A DNA stretch of 64,000 nt from an uncultured Alphaproteobacteria bacterium. GTDB lineage: Bacteria; Pseudomonadota; Alphaproteobacteria; Rhizobiales; Xanthobacteraceae. Below, one piece after another: positions 37,298 through 45,904 of the stretch. The notes beneath the pieces are model-generated. The model saw nothing but the letters and a program-made list of their open reading frames with translations. It was not told where the DNA came from and ran no database searches. Both the position numbers and the translations under genes were made by a program. The stretch's first letter is position 1; every line of letters starts with the position of its first letter. The stretch spans positions 167,955 to 231,954 of the forward strand of contig CAVVUW010000001.1 of the NCBI GenBank assembly GCA_963751535.1, read 5' to 3'.

Positions 37298-38421
37298 TGC
37301 GCTGCCTTCACCGCCGCCTGGATGGCGTCTTCCATGAACTCATAGGGCTCGATACCAAGCTCGTTGCGAACCAGCGCTAGCGCCTCCTTTTCACCCGTGC
37401 CGTGGATGGAAAAAAACACCGGCACACGCGGTGCAAGCTTGTGCCAAGCGCGCACTACACCTTCGGCCATTACGTCAGTACGCGCGAAGGCACCGCAGAA
37501 GTTGATTACCAGACTTTTCACGCCGGGATTGGAAAGCACCAGATCGAGCGCGATCTCCGACTTGGTGTACGCCTCGCCGCCGATTTCAAGGAAATTTGCT
37601 GGCTTGCCGCCGTAATACCGGATCACATCCATCGTGGTCATGGTGAGTCCCGCGCCGTTGGCCAGAACGCCCACATTGCCGTCAAGCTGAATGAGTTTGA
37701 GGCCATTCTCAGCCCCACGCTTCTCAAGCGCCGTCATCGAGCCAGCGGCCCCACCTTTGGCGAGTTCGGACTGGCGGTAGATCGCCGCATCGTCGAGCAC
37801 AAACTTGCAATCGAGCGCGACCACGCGGCCATCGCCGAGCAGCGCCAGCGGATTTATCTCGAGGAGCTCGGCGTCGCACGTGCGAAACGCCGTGTAGAGC
37901 CGCTCGAGAATTTTCACGGTATGTGTTTCGGCCGGACCAAGATCGAGCCCTTTCAGCATGGCAGCGATGTCGGCCCTATTCGGCTCGCCATCAATATCGA
38001 GCAGCAGGCGCCGGACGGCGGCGGGCTTCACCTGGGCGATTTCTTCGATGTCCATGCCGCCTTCAGTCGAAAACAGGATCAACGGCCTTCGCGCCACGAC
38101 GTCGTGAAGAACGGCGGCATAGAATTCGCGTGCAATATGCGCCTGCTCTTCGACAAGCAGGCGTTCGACCGTGTAACCGCCGATGCTCATCCCGAGGATC
38201 TGTTCGGCGGCCTTGCGCGCTTCGTCGGGCGTATGGGCAAGTTTGATGCCGCCGGCCTTTCCACGTTTTCCGGCCGGCACCTGCGCCTTGACAACACATG
38301 GTCCGATATTCGAAGCGGCCAACACCGCCTCTGCGGCAGTGGTGCAAAGCGCTCCACGGAGTGTCGGAATGCCCGCAGCATTCAGGACGAGTGACTTTGC
38401 CGCGTGTTCGTCAAAGTTCAT
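37294..38421 (-). CDS. succinyl-CoA-synthetase beta-subunit-like protein (ATP-grasp subunit of an ADP-forming acyl-CoA ligase)
   Basis: MNFDEHAAKSLV...VVKAQVPAGKRGKAGGIKLA is a divergent version of the SucC N-terminus (MNIHEYQAK...). The internal ATG at 38421 matches homolog N-termini. Confidence 0.88.
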   Translation of the reverse strand: MNFDEHAAKSLVLNAAGIPTLRGALCTTAAEAVLAASNIGPCVVKAQVPAGKRGKAGGIKLAHTPDEARKAAEQILGMSIGGYTVERLLVEEQAHIAREFYAAVLHDVVARRPLILFSTEGGMDIEEIAQVKPAAVRRLLLDIDGEPNRADIAAMLKGLDLGPAETHTVKILERLYTAFRTCDAELLEINPLALLGDGRVVALDCKFVLDDAAIYRQSELAKGGAAGSMTALEKRGAENGLKLIQLDGNVGVLANGAGLTMTTMDVIRYYGGKPANFLEIGGEAYTKSEIALDLVLSNPGVKSLVINFCGAFARTDVMAEGVVRAWHKLAPRVPVFFSIHGTGEKEALALVRNELGIEPYEFMEDAIQAAVKAAQ

Positions 38422-38462
38422 TACATATAATCTCGTGTGGCGCGCAGTCTGCTCGACATCAA

Positions 38463-39887
38463 TCAGCGTCCGTATTTTTTCCAATAGGCGCCGAACAGGT
38501 CTTCCTCACTCGGCTTGTCTTCCGGAATTGTCGTCACGAGGTGCGTAATGTTGAGGAAATGCCTGTAGTTCAAATTCTCCGTGATGCTGTTGCCTCCCCA
38601 GGTGCCGCACCCCATGCTGAGCGTGAAGTTGAGTCCGTTATCGAATCCCCCGCCATTCCCGAACGTGTGCGCCTGATTGATCAGCACGCGCACTACATCG
38701 GCGCGCTCAGCCAAAGTTCGGCCGCGCTTCATATCTTTTGTATGCAAGCCCACCGAGTGACCCCGTCCTTGGTGCGCGAGGATTTCATTCGCGCGCGCAA
38801 TCGCGGCGTCGAAGTCCTTGACGCGGTAAACGGCCAGTACCAGCGACAGCTTTTCGCTGGAAAACGGAAAACCACGGCCCACGCCGGTTTCCTCAACCAT
38901 GAAAAACTTCTTTGATTGCGCGGCATCGGGCAAACCACATCCGCGCGCAAACACATCGGCATCGCGCGCAATCAGCGTGCGGCTCAACTTGCCGTCGGGC
39001 CACAGCGCAGCCTGGATCGTCGACTTCTCGGCCGGCGAAGCCATGTAGCCGCCCGCGCGTTCGAGAGCCGCGATCGCCTTGTCATAGATCGCCTCAACAA
39101 GGATCACTGAGTTTTCCGACGAGCATGAGGTCGAATTGTCGAAAATCTTGGAAGCGCAAATCTTCTTTGCCGCATCGTCGAGATCGGCCGTTTCGTCGAC
39201 AATCACCGGGACATTGCCGGTCCCCACGCCGATCGCCGGTGTACCACTCGAGTAAGCGCGGCGCACATTGTCCTGGGAGCCGGTGGCCACGATCAGGTCG
39301 GCCGCGTGCATTAATGCCTGCGTCATATCCTTTGACGCGGGCGCCGGCAGAATTTGCACCAGATCTTCGGGCAAACCGATTTTCTTGAGCTCTGCGCGCA
39401 TGTATTCGACCGTCCGCACCGTGGTTTTCAATCCGGCAGGTGAGGCCGCAATAACGATGGCGTTTCGTCCCTTGATTGCCATCATCGCCTTGTTCACCGG
39501 CGTTGCACCCGGATTGGTCGATGGAGTGATGGCGCAAACAAGACCGACCGGTTTCGCGTATTTGACGATGCCGAGTTTCTTGTCTTCCTCAATGATACCG
39601 ACCGATTTCACACGCAGGAGGTCGCGCAATGTGCCGAAGGTCTTGCGCTGCTTCTTGGTAATCTTGTCGGGCACATTGCCGAGTTGAGTATCCTTGACCG
39701 CCAGTTCGGCCAGCTCTTTCGCATGCGCCGGGTTGTATAGAGACCAGGCAAGCGCTGTGACCGCTTCATCCACGCGCGCCTGGTCAGCCTTGGCAAATGA
39801 AGCCATCGCCGCACGCCCACGCCGCACTAGCTCGTCGACCACCGTCGTGACGTTCGAATCGGCCGCCGGTTTTACCGCGACAGTCAT
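38463..39887 (-). CDS. CoA-acylating aldehyde dehydrogenase (SauS-like candidate sulfoacetaldehyde dehydrogenase)
   Basis: ALDH-superfamily fold of the acylating type (ITPSTNPGATPVNK, catalytic Cys region FDNSTSCSSENSV). The SauS-like label comes from operon context with xsc only. Confidence 0.85.
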   Translation of the reverse strand: MTVAVKPAADSNVTTVVDELVRRGRAAMASFAKADQARVDEAVTALAWSLYNPAHAKELAELAVKDTQLGNVPDKITKKQRKTFGTLRDLLRVKSVGIIEEDKKLGIVKYAKPVGLVCAITPSTNPGATPVNKAMMAIKGRNAIVIAASPAGLKTTVRTVEYMRAELKKIGLPEDLVQILPAPASKDMTQALMHAADLIVATGSQDNVRRAYSSGTPAIGVGTGNVPVIVDETADLDDAAKKICASKIFDNSTSCSSENSVILVEAIYDKAIAALERAGGYMASPAEKSTIQAALWPDGKLSRTLIARDADVFARGCGLPDAAQSKKFFMVEETGVGRGFPFSSEKLSLVLAVYRVKDFDAAIARANEILAHQGRGHSVGLHTKDMKRGRTLAERADVVRVLINQAHTFGNGGGFDNGLNFTLSMGCGTWGGNSITENLNYRHFLNITHLVTTIPEDKPSEEDLFGAYWKKYGR

Positions 39888-39903
39888 GTCATCAGCTCCG
39901 CAT

Positions 39904-41691
39904 TCACAGATTGGCCGTTTGTTGTGGCCGCATGTCCTCGCGCCTTATGCCGGCCACGACCACCGGCTTCTTCATGGCATCGCGGCGGAACGGCTCACCA
40001 AGTTCCTGATTGAGAACTACCTCGATGAAGGTCGTGACGCGCTTCTTCTGCGCCTCGCAAGACTGCCGAAGTGCCTCCGTCAGTTCCGTCGCCGTTTTTA
40101 CTACTACGCCCTTGAGACCACAGGCTTCGGCCACCTTTGCATAGCTGAGATGCGGGTCGAGTTCGGTACCGACGAAATTGTCGTCGAACCAAAGAATCGA
40201 GTTGCGCTTTTCTGCGCCCCATTGGTAATTGCGAAAGACCACCATAGTGATGCCCGGCCACTCCTCGCGGCCAACCGAACTCATTTCGTTCATTGAGATT
40301 CCGAAGGCGCCGTCACCGGCAAACCCGATACAAGGCGTATCCGGATTGCCGATTTTGGCGCCTATGATGGACGGAAAGCCGTAACCGCAAGGCCCAAAAA
40401 GCCCCGGCGCCAGGTATTTCCGGCCTTTGTCGAATGTTGGATAGGCATTGCCGATAGCGCAGTTGTTGCCGATATCGCTCGAGATGATCGCATCCTTGGG
40501 CAGTCCGGCCTGAATGGCCCGCCAGGCCTGCCGCGGCGACATACGATCCGCATCCCGCTTGCGCGCATCCGCATTCCAGGTCGTACCTGGATCATCGTCT
40601 TCATGATCCATACTGGACAAAGTCTGAAGCCATTTGGACTTGGTCGTATGGATCAATGCCTTCCGATCTTCGCGTCCGGCATTCCCAGCCGAGGGAGACA
40701 GTTGCGCCAGAATGCTTTGGGCGACCAGCTTGGCATCGCCACAAATGCCGACGGTCACTGGCTTGGTCAGGCCGATCCGGTCGGCGTTGATATCGACCTG
40801 AATGATTTTGGCGGTCTTCGGCCAGTAGTCGATACCGTAGCCCGGCAAGGTCGAAAACGGGTTGAGTCTTGTCCCCAGCGCGAGAACCACGTCGGCCTTG
40901 GCAACCAGTTCCATTGCCGCTTTCGATCCGTTGTAGCCGAGGGGCCCGACGGCGAGCCTATGGCTGCCGGGGAAACTGTCATTGTGCTGGTAGTTGTTGC
41001 AAACCGGCGCGTCGAGCCTTTCGGCGAGCGCGACGCAATCGGGAATCGCGTTGCCAAGCACGACACCCGCACCCGAGAGAATAACCGGGAATTTGGCGCC
41101 CGAGAGAAGCCTCGCCGCGTCCGCCACCGCGTGGGCACCGCCCGACGGCCGCTCGAACTCGACGATGGCCGGCAAATTGATGTCGATCATTTGCGTCCAG
41201 TAGTCACGCGGGATGTTGATCTGCGCGGGCGCCGAAAGGCGCTTTGCTTTGGTGATGACGCGATTGAGAACCTCTGCCGTACGTGACGGATCACGCACTT
41301 CTTCCTGATAGCAGACCATGTCGCGAAACAACGCCATCTGCTCCACTTCCTGGAAACCGCCCTGACCGATCGTCTTGTTCGCCGCCTGCGGCGTTACCAG
41401 GAGCATCGGCGTGTGATTCCAGTACGCGGTCTTGATGGCGGTGACGAAATTCGTGATGCCTGGGCCGTTTTGCGCAATCGCCATAGCGATTTTCCCGGTC
41501 GATCGCGTGTAGCCATCGCAGATCAGACCGCCATTGGTCTCGTGGGCAACGTCCCAGAATGTAATACCGGCTTTGGGAAAGAGATCGGATATCGGCATGA
41601 ATGCCGAGCCGATGATGCCGAAGGCATGCTCGATGCCGTGCATCTGCAACACCTTCACGAATGCTTCTTCGGTAGTCATCTTCATAGTCAT
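39904..41691 (-). CDS. xsc: sulfoacetaldehyde acetyltransferase (ThDP-dependent)
   Basis: The N-terminus MKMTTEEAFVKVLQMHGIEHAFGIIGSAFMPISDLFPKAGI...TAYWNHTPMLLVTPQAANKTIGQGGFQEVEQ matches what I recall of Xsc proteins. By RBS spacing the likely true start is ATG 41685. Confidence 0.88.
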   Translation of the reverse strand: MTMKMTTEEAFVKVLQMHGIEHAFGIIGSAFMPISDLFPKAGITFWDVAHETNGGLICDGYTRSTGKIAMAIAQNGPGITNFVTAIKTAYWNHTPMLLVTPQAANKTIGQGGFQEVEQMALFRDMVCYQEEVRDPSRTAEVLNRVITKAKRLSAPAQINIPRDYWTQMIDINLPAIVEFERPSGGAHAVADAARLLSGAKFPVILSGAGVVLGNAIPDCVALAERLDAPVCNNYQHNDSFPGSHRLAVGPLGYNGSKAAMELVAKADVVLALGTRLNPFSTLPGYGIDYWPKTAKIIQVDINADRIGLTKPVTVGICGDAKLVAQSILAQLSPSAGNAGREDRKALIHTTKSKWLQTLSSMDHEDDDPGTTWNADARKRDADRMSPRQAWRAIQAGLPKDAIISSDIGNNCAIGNAYPTFDKGRKYLAPGLFGPCGYGFPSIIGAKIGNPDTPCIGFAGDGAFGISMNEMSSVGREEWPGITMVVFRNYQWGAEKRNSILWFDDNFVGTELDPHLSYAKVAEACGLKGVVVKTATELTEALRQSCEAQKKRVTTFIEVVLNQELGEPFRRDAMKKPVVVAGIRREDMRPQQTANL

Positions 41692-41717
41692 GTCCTCTCA
41701 GCCCCGTTCTTGATGGC

Positions 41718-42587
41718 TCAGGTCTTGTCCTGAAAAATCTCGGCTAGCTCGCTGGCGGCGCTTCTCAGCGCCGGCAAATGGCGGCGCGCTGTTTGAACAT
41801 TCATGCGTGCCTCTGGCGCCTGGATAGCAAGGGCCGCGAGCATCTCACCGTTGGTCCCCGTTACCGGAACGGCCATACAGACAACGCCCAGCAGATACTC
41901 TTGCCGGTCGAAAGAGACCTGCTCTTTTCGAATCTGACGAAGCTCGAACTCGAGCCGATCACTGTCGGTGATGGTGTTATCGGTGTATCGCCGCAGTTCC
42001 AGACTCTGCAGGAGCCGCTTGCGGCGCGGCGAAGCAGCCAACGCAAGGAATAACTTGCCGATGGCACTGCAGTGCAGTGGCACGCGTGAGCCACTGGTGT
42101 AGTGCAGGCGGAGGGGCCAATGCTCGGCTTCGACGCGATCGAGATAAACCACCTCGCCGTTCAGGAGCGTACCGATATTGCAGGTCTCGTTGAGCGTATG
42201 GACGAGGCGCTGAAGCACCACGTGCGGCGTGTCATGTCGCATCGAGGACGACAGCGCACCAAAGGCAAGATTCGCGAGTTTTGGACCGACAATCAGCCGG
42301 CGCCGTCCGGGCTCGCGCGCGAGATAGCCTTGCGTCACAAACCAATCCACCAACCGATAAGCCGTCGCCTTCGGCAATTTCACTGAAGCGATAATGTCGA
42401 GCACGTCGACCGGCGTACGTGAGCTTGCGACATGTTCGAGGATAGCGAAGGAACGTGCTGTAGCCCCGAGTTTGTGCTCGCGCGCGGCGCCCGTCTTCGA
42501 AGGACTAAGATGTGGTTTGAGCTCATCCACATTCCGCCCGGAGCCGGTACCAGTGGCCCTTTCGTGAATTCCGAGATTGCTACGCAT
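41718..42587 (-). CDS. IclR-family transcriptional regulator
   Basis: N-terminal wHTH (ARSFAILEHVASSRTPVDVLDIIASVKLPKATAYRLVDWF) plus an IclR effector domain (...GVVCMAVPV...). Confidence 0.9.
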   Translation of the reverse strand: MRSNLGIHERATGTGSGRNVDELKPHLSPSKTGAAREHKLGATARSFAILEHVASSRTPVDVLDIIASVKLPKATAYRLVDWFVTQGYLAREPGRRRLIVGPKLANLAFGALSSSMRHDTPHVVLQRLVHTLNETCNIGTLLNGEVVYLDRVEAEHWPLRLHYTSGSRVPLHCSAIGKLFLALAASPRRKRLLQSLELRRYTDNTITDSDRLEFELRQIRKEQVSFDRQEYLLGVVCMAVPVTGTNGEMLAALAIQAPEARMNVQTARRHLPALRSAASELAEIFQDKT

Positions 42588-42594
42588 GGATCAC

Positions 42595-44112
42595 CTACCT
42601 AGCCCCCGTTTGGACAGTCATCACGCGACTTCTGAATAGGCGCTGCACGAACGGCAGCAACAGGACGACAATGGTCAGTACAACGATGGTTCCAGAGATG
42701 GGTCGCGTGAAGAATACGGTCCAGTCATTCGAAAAACTGATCATCGTGTTCATGAACGCCTCTTCGGCAATCGGACCGAGGATGACGCCAAGTACGAGCG
42801 GCGCGACCGGAAATTTCAGGCGTTCGAAACCATAGCCTAGAATGCCGAACCCGATGATCAGCCAAAGATCCGTAATGTTGTTGCGGATCGACAGCGCACC
42901 GATGAAGCAGAGGATCAACACGTAAGCCGAGACAACCGCCTCGGGAAAATCGAGGATTTTCACGAGGGGCCGGATCGCGAAATAGCCGAGCGCGCACATC
43001 AGCGCCAAGCCGAGGAACAGTGATGCAAACACCGTATAGACAAGGGGCGCCGAGTTCGCGAGAACCTGCGGACCCGGTTGAATTCCGTGCAGCATGAAGG
43101 CACCGAGAATGACTGCGGTTGCACCGCTGCCCGGAATGCCAAGTGCAAGCAGATGAACCATGGCTCCGCCGACTGAAGCTGTCGCTGCGGCCTGCGGCGC
43201 GATGATCCCTTCGGCAATCCCCGTCCCCATCTGATCCTTGCGCTTGCCGAAACGCGCCTCGATTCCGTAGCTCACGAACGATGCAATAGTAGCGCCGGCG
43301 CCCGGCAACAGCCCGATGAGATCGCCGACCACCGAAGAGCGAAAAAACATGCCCTTCACCTCATTAAGCTCCTTGAGCGTCGGCAATTCGGTGCGTGCAT
43401 TCGAAATCTTGTCGAGTGGCTTGGTGGTAAAGCCTAATTCCAGACGCGTCAGAACTTCACCTACGCCATAGGCGCCGACCATGACCACGAGAAACTCGAT
43501 GCCGTCGGCGAGAATGGGTGAACCGAAGGTGAAACGGTAGGCGCCGTAGATCGGATCAGTGCCGACAGTTGAAATCAGAATGCCGACGCTCATGCTAATG
43601 AAGGCGTTGGCGAGTGATCCCTTGCCGATCGCTACCACGCTGAGCAAGCCGAACATGATGATCACAAAATACTCGGGCGAGGAAAAACGCAGAGCGAATT
43701 TGGCAAGCGGTTCTGTAAGCGCCACCATGACGACCGCCGAGAGAAGCCCGCCACCAAGAGCCGCGACCAGGGTCCAGCCCAGCGCCTTGGCTGGCTTGCC
43801 CTTGCGCCCCATGGTGTAACCGTCCCACAGCATGGGAACGTCAATGGGCTCCCCCGGAATTCGGAAGAGGATCGCGGTGAAAGCGCCGCCGTAAGTTCCC
43901 GATACGTACATCGCGGTGAGCAAAACGATCGAGGCGGTGACGTCCATCTTGTAGGTGAAGGGCAAGGCCAGCGCGACGCCCATGACCAACGTCAGCCCCG
44001 GCAACACGCCGATCAGCAGACCAATGACGATGCCGATCACAAGCATCGCCAGATTGAGCGGCGTCAGACAGTGCAGAAACCCCGAGGCCAGCTGAGCGAG
44101 AATGTCAATCAT
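42595..44112 (-). CDS. tctA: TTT large permease TctA (second system)
   Basis: The start MIDILAQLASGFLH is at 44112. TctA repeats are present (GVLPGLTLVMGVALALP, GIPGSGATAVILG). Confidence 0.9.
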   Translation of the reverse strand: MIDILAQLASGFLHCLTPLNLAMLVIGIVIGLLIGVLPGLTLVMGVALALPFTYKMDVTASIVLLTAMYVSGTYGGAFTAILFRIPGEPIDVPMLWDGYTMGRKGKPAKALGWTLVAALGGGLLSAVVMVALTEPLAKFALRFSSPEYFVIIMFGLLSVVAIGKGSLANAFISMSVGILISTVGTDPIYGAYRFTFGSPILADGIEFLVVMVGAYGVGEVLTRLELGFTTKPLDKISNARTELPTLKELNEVKGMFFRSSVVGDLIGLLPGAGATIASFVSYGIEARFGKRKDQMGTGIAEGIIAPQAAATASVGGAMVHLLALGIPGSGATAVILGAFMLHGIQPGPQVLANSAPLVYTVFASLFLGLALMCALGYFAIRPLVKILDFPEAVVSAYVLILCFIGALSIRNNITDLWLIIGFGILGYGFERLKFPVAPLVLGVILGPIAEEAFMNTMISFSNDWTVFFTRPISGTIVVLTIVVLLLPFVQRLFRSRVMTVQTGAR

Positions 44113-44116
44113 GCGC

Positions 44117-44659
44117 TCACCATAGGCTCGGAATCGCAAAGAAGATGTCGGTCGCGCGATCGAATGGCGGAACGCCACGCGGCAGTGAAACATAGGCAAT
44201 ACGCAAAAACAGAATTCCGCAGAAGATCGTCACAGCCGCGCTGGTGCCCCAGATCGCGCGGTGCTCGCGGTACCCGCCGACATACATGAAGGCGGCGAGG
44301 AATAGGAACGTGCCGAGGATGAACCCGAGCACAGGCACGAGGACGGCATAGATCGCCATCAGAACAATGCCGCCGACCAGCAATCGCGGATAAACGGGCT
44401 GTTTTTCCTCGACCTGCGGCTCTCGGTCGAATGCCTCCATAAATCCGGCGGCATCCTGATTGCCGACGATCAGCCGACGTGAGATTTCAAACAGGCAGGA
44501 GCCGCCCATCAGCAGGATTGCAAGGCGTGGCCACACGTCGGGCCCGAGTTGCCCGGGCCGAGGTGCGTAGTCGAATGTGCCTGCATAAAGATAAAGAGCG
44601 GCCGCGATGGCGAGACCCATCGCATAAGGCACAATCGAGCGGAACAGCGCCTTGTCCAT
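44117..44659 (-). CDS. tctB: TTT small subunit TctB (second system)
   Basis: 180-aa four-helix membrane protein between tctC and tctA. Confidence 0.85.
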   Translation of the reverse strand: MDKALFRSIVPYAMGLAIAAALYLYAGTFDYAPRPGQLGPDVWPRLAILLMGGSCLFEISRRLIVGNQDAAGFMEAFDREPQVEEKQPVYPRLLVGGIVLMAIYAVLVPVLGFILGTFLFLAAFMYVGGYREHRAIWGTSAAVTIFCGILFLRIAYVSLPRGVPPFDRATDIFFAIPSLW

Positions 44660-44678
44660 GAGACGTTGTCCGGCGATT

Positions 44679-45633
44679 TCAGTTCGTCGCTACGGTCTTT
44701 TTCATGTCGTCGAGCTGTTCGTTCACGAAGGCCGGAGCCTTCGACGCATCCTCAAAACTGTTCGGATCGGCGTATTGCTCCTCGAGGAACTTCTTGTACT
44801 CGGGTGATGCGTAGACCTTCGCCAGCGCTTCCGAAAGTTTCTTCACGACGTCGGGTGGTGTGCCGGCCCGCACGACGATCGCACGAAATTGCGGCAAGCG
44901 CCACCTTGTAGCCGAGCTCAAATGACGTTGGCACATCTTTGAATGCGTCCAGGCGCTTTTCACCGAACAGCAAAATGGGACGCATCTGTTTGCCGTTGAG
45001 GAACTGCGCAACATCGCCGGCCTGCTCGTAGAGTGCATCGGCGTGACCGCCGAGGATCGAGACATAGCGCTCGCTGGGCTTGGAGAACGGCACTTGGACG
45101 ACCTTGATGCCACCGCGGTCAAGCACGGTGAGCGAAAAATCATCGACACTGCCAAAGCCAAGCGTCGCAACCTTCAGTTTGTTCGGATTGGCCTTGGCTT
45201 CTTTGGCGAAGTCGTCCCAGGTTTTGAAGGGGCTATCCTCCTTCACGAAAATAAACGATGGACCCTTGATCATCACCGCGACTGGCGTGATGTCGTTCAT
45301 CGTCCAACGCGCGCTTTTTCCGGCGAGCAGCGCATGACTATCGGCGATATATATCGCCATGGAGTAGCCGTCGGCAGGCGCGGCAAGGAGTTTCGCCATA
45401 CCGGTCGCACCGGTGCCCCCAGGGACGTTCACAACCGGGATGCCCTGACCGAGCATCGGCTCCATCAGCTTGCTGACGAGGCGCGCGAGTTGATCGGCGC
45501 CACCACCTGGGCCCCACGGAACGATCAGTTCGATAGGTCGCTCGGGATATCCGGCCGCGACCGCCTTGCCCCCGAACAGCGCGGCACCAATGGCCAACAG
45601 CAAAATTGTGACGCTTCGCATGGTCGAACGCAT
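44679..45633 (-). pseudogene. tctC: TTT substrate-binding protein TctC (Bug family, second system) split by a 1-nt frameshift
   Basis: ORF 44752-45633 reads ...VPTSFELGYKVAL and then turns into nonsense. ORF 44679-45170 carries the Bug C-terminus LPQFRAIVVRAGTPPDVVKKLSEAL.... The frames join near 44895-44903 if one base is removed from AAGGTGGCGCTTGCCG. Confidence 0.85.
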
Positions 45634-45757
45634 GGACTCCTCCCTGCCAATCGGCCGCTTGCTTGCATGCCCTGCCTGCGGCCGAGCCCGGCTGGAATGC
45701 TAGTCCGGCTTGTGGTCGCCGGCTGATCGCCAAGGGCGGCGATCCGCCCTGGTGAAG

Positions 45758-45850
45758 TCTCGCCTAGTGAGACCTATGTTCCCAATACGCTAACAGAAGG
45801 TCTCGGTCCGGCAAGGGCGAATCCGAGGCGCCACGTCTCGCCAAGTGAGA
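45758..45850. promoter_or_regulatory. two copies of a 15-bp palindromic motif upstream of the TTT-xsc array (candidate IclR operator)
   Basis: TCTCGC-CTA-GTGAGA at 45758-45772 and TCTCGC-CAA-GTGAGA at 45836-45850. A third copy lies at 47077-47091. Confidence 0.5.
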
Positions 45851-45904
45851 ATTTGCTTCCGGGCGGCTTCGTCTTGGGAGGATTTTTTGGTGACGCGATG
45901 CCGC

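Noticed and set aside
37402-38394. 330-aa plus-strand ORF inside the SucC-like gene, with similar cases at 3033-3998, 20419-21273, 29962-30810, 49425-50357 and 55336-56202
   Set aside because: Each is antisense to a gene with strong family signatures. None has a recognisable domain or a sensible RBS.
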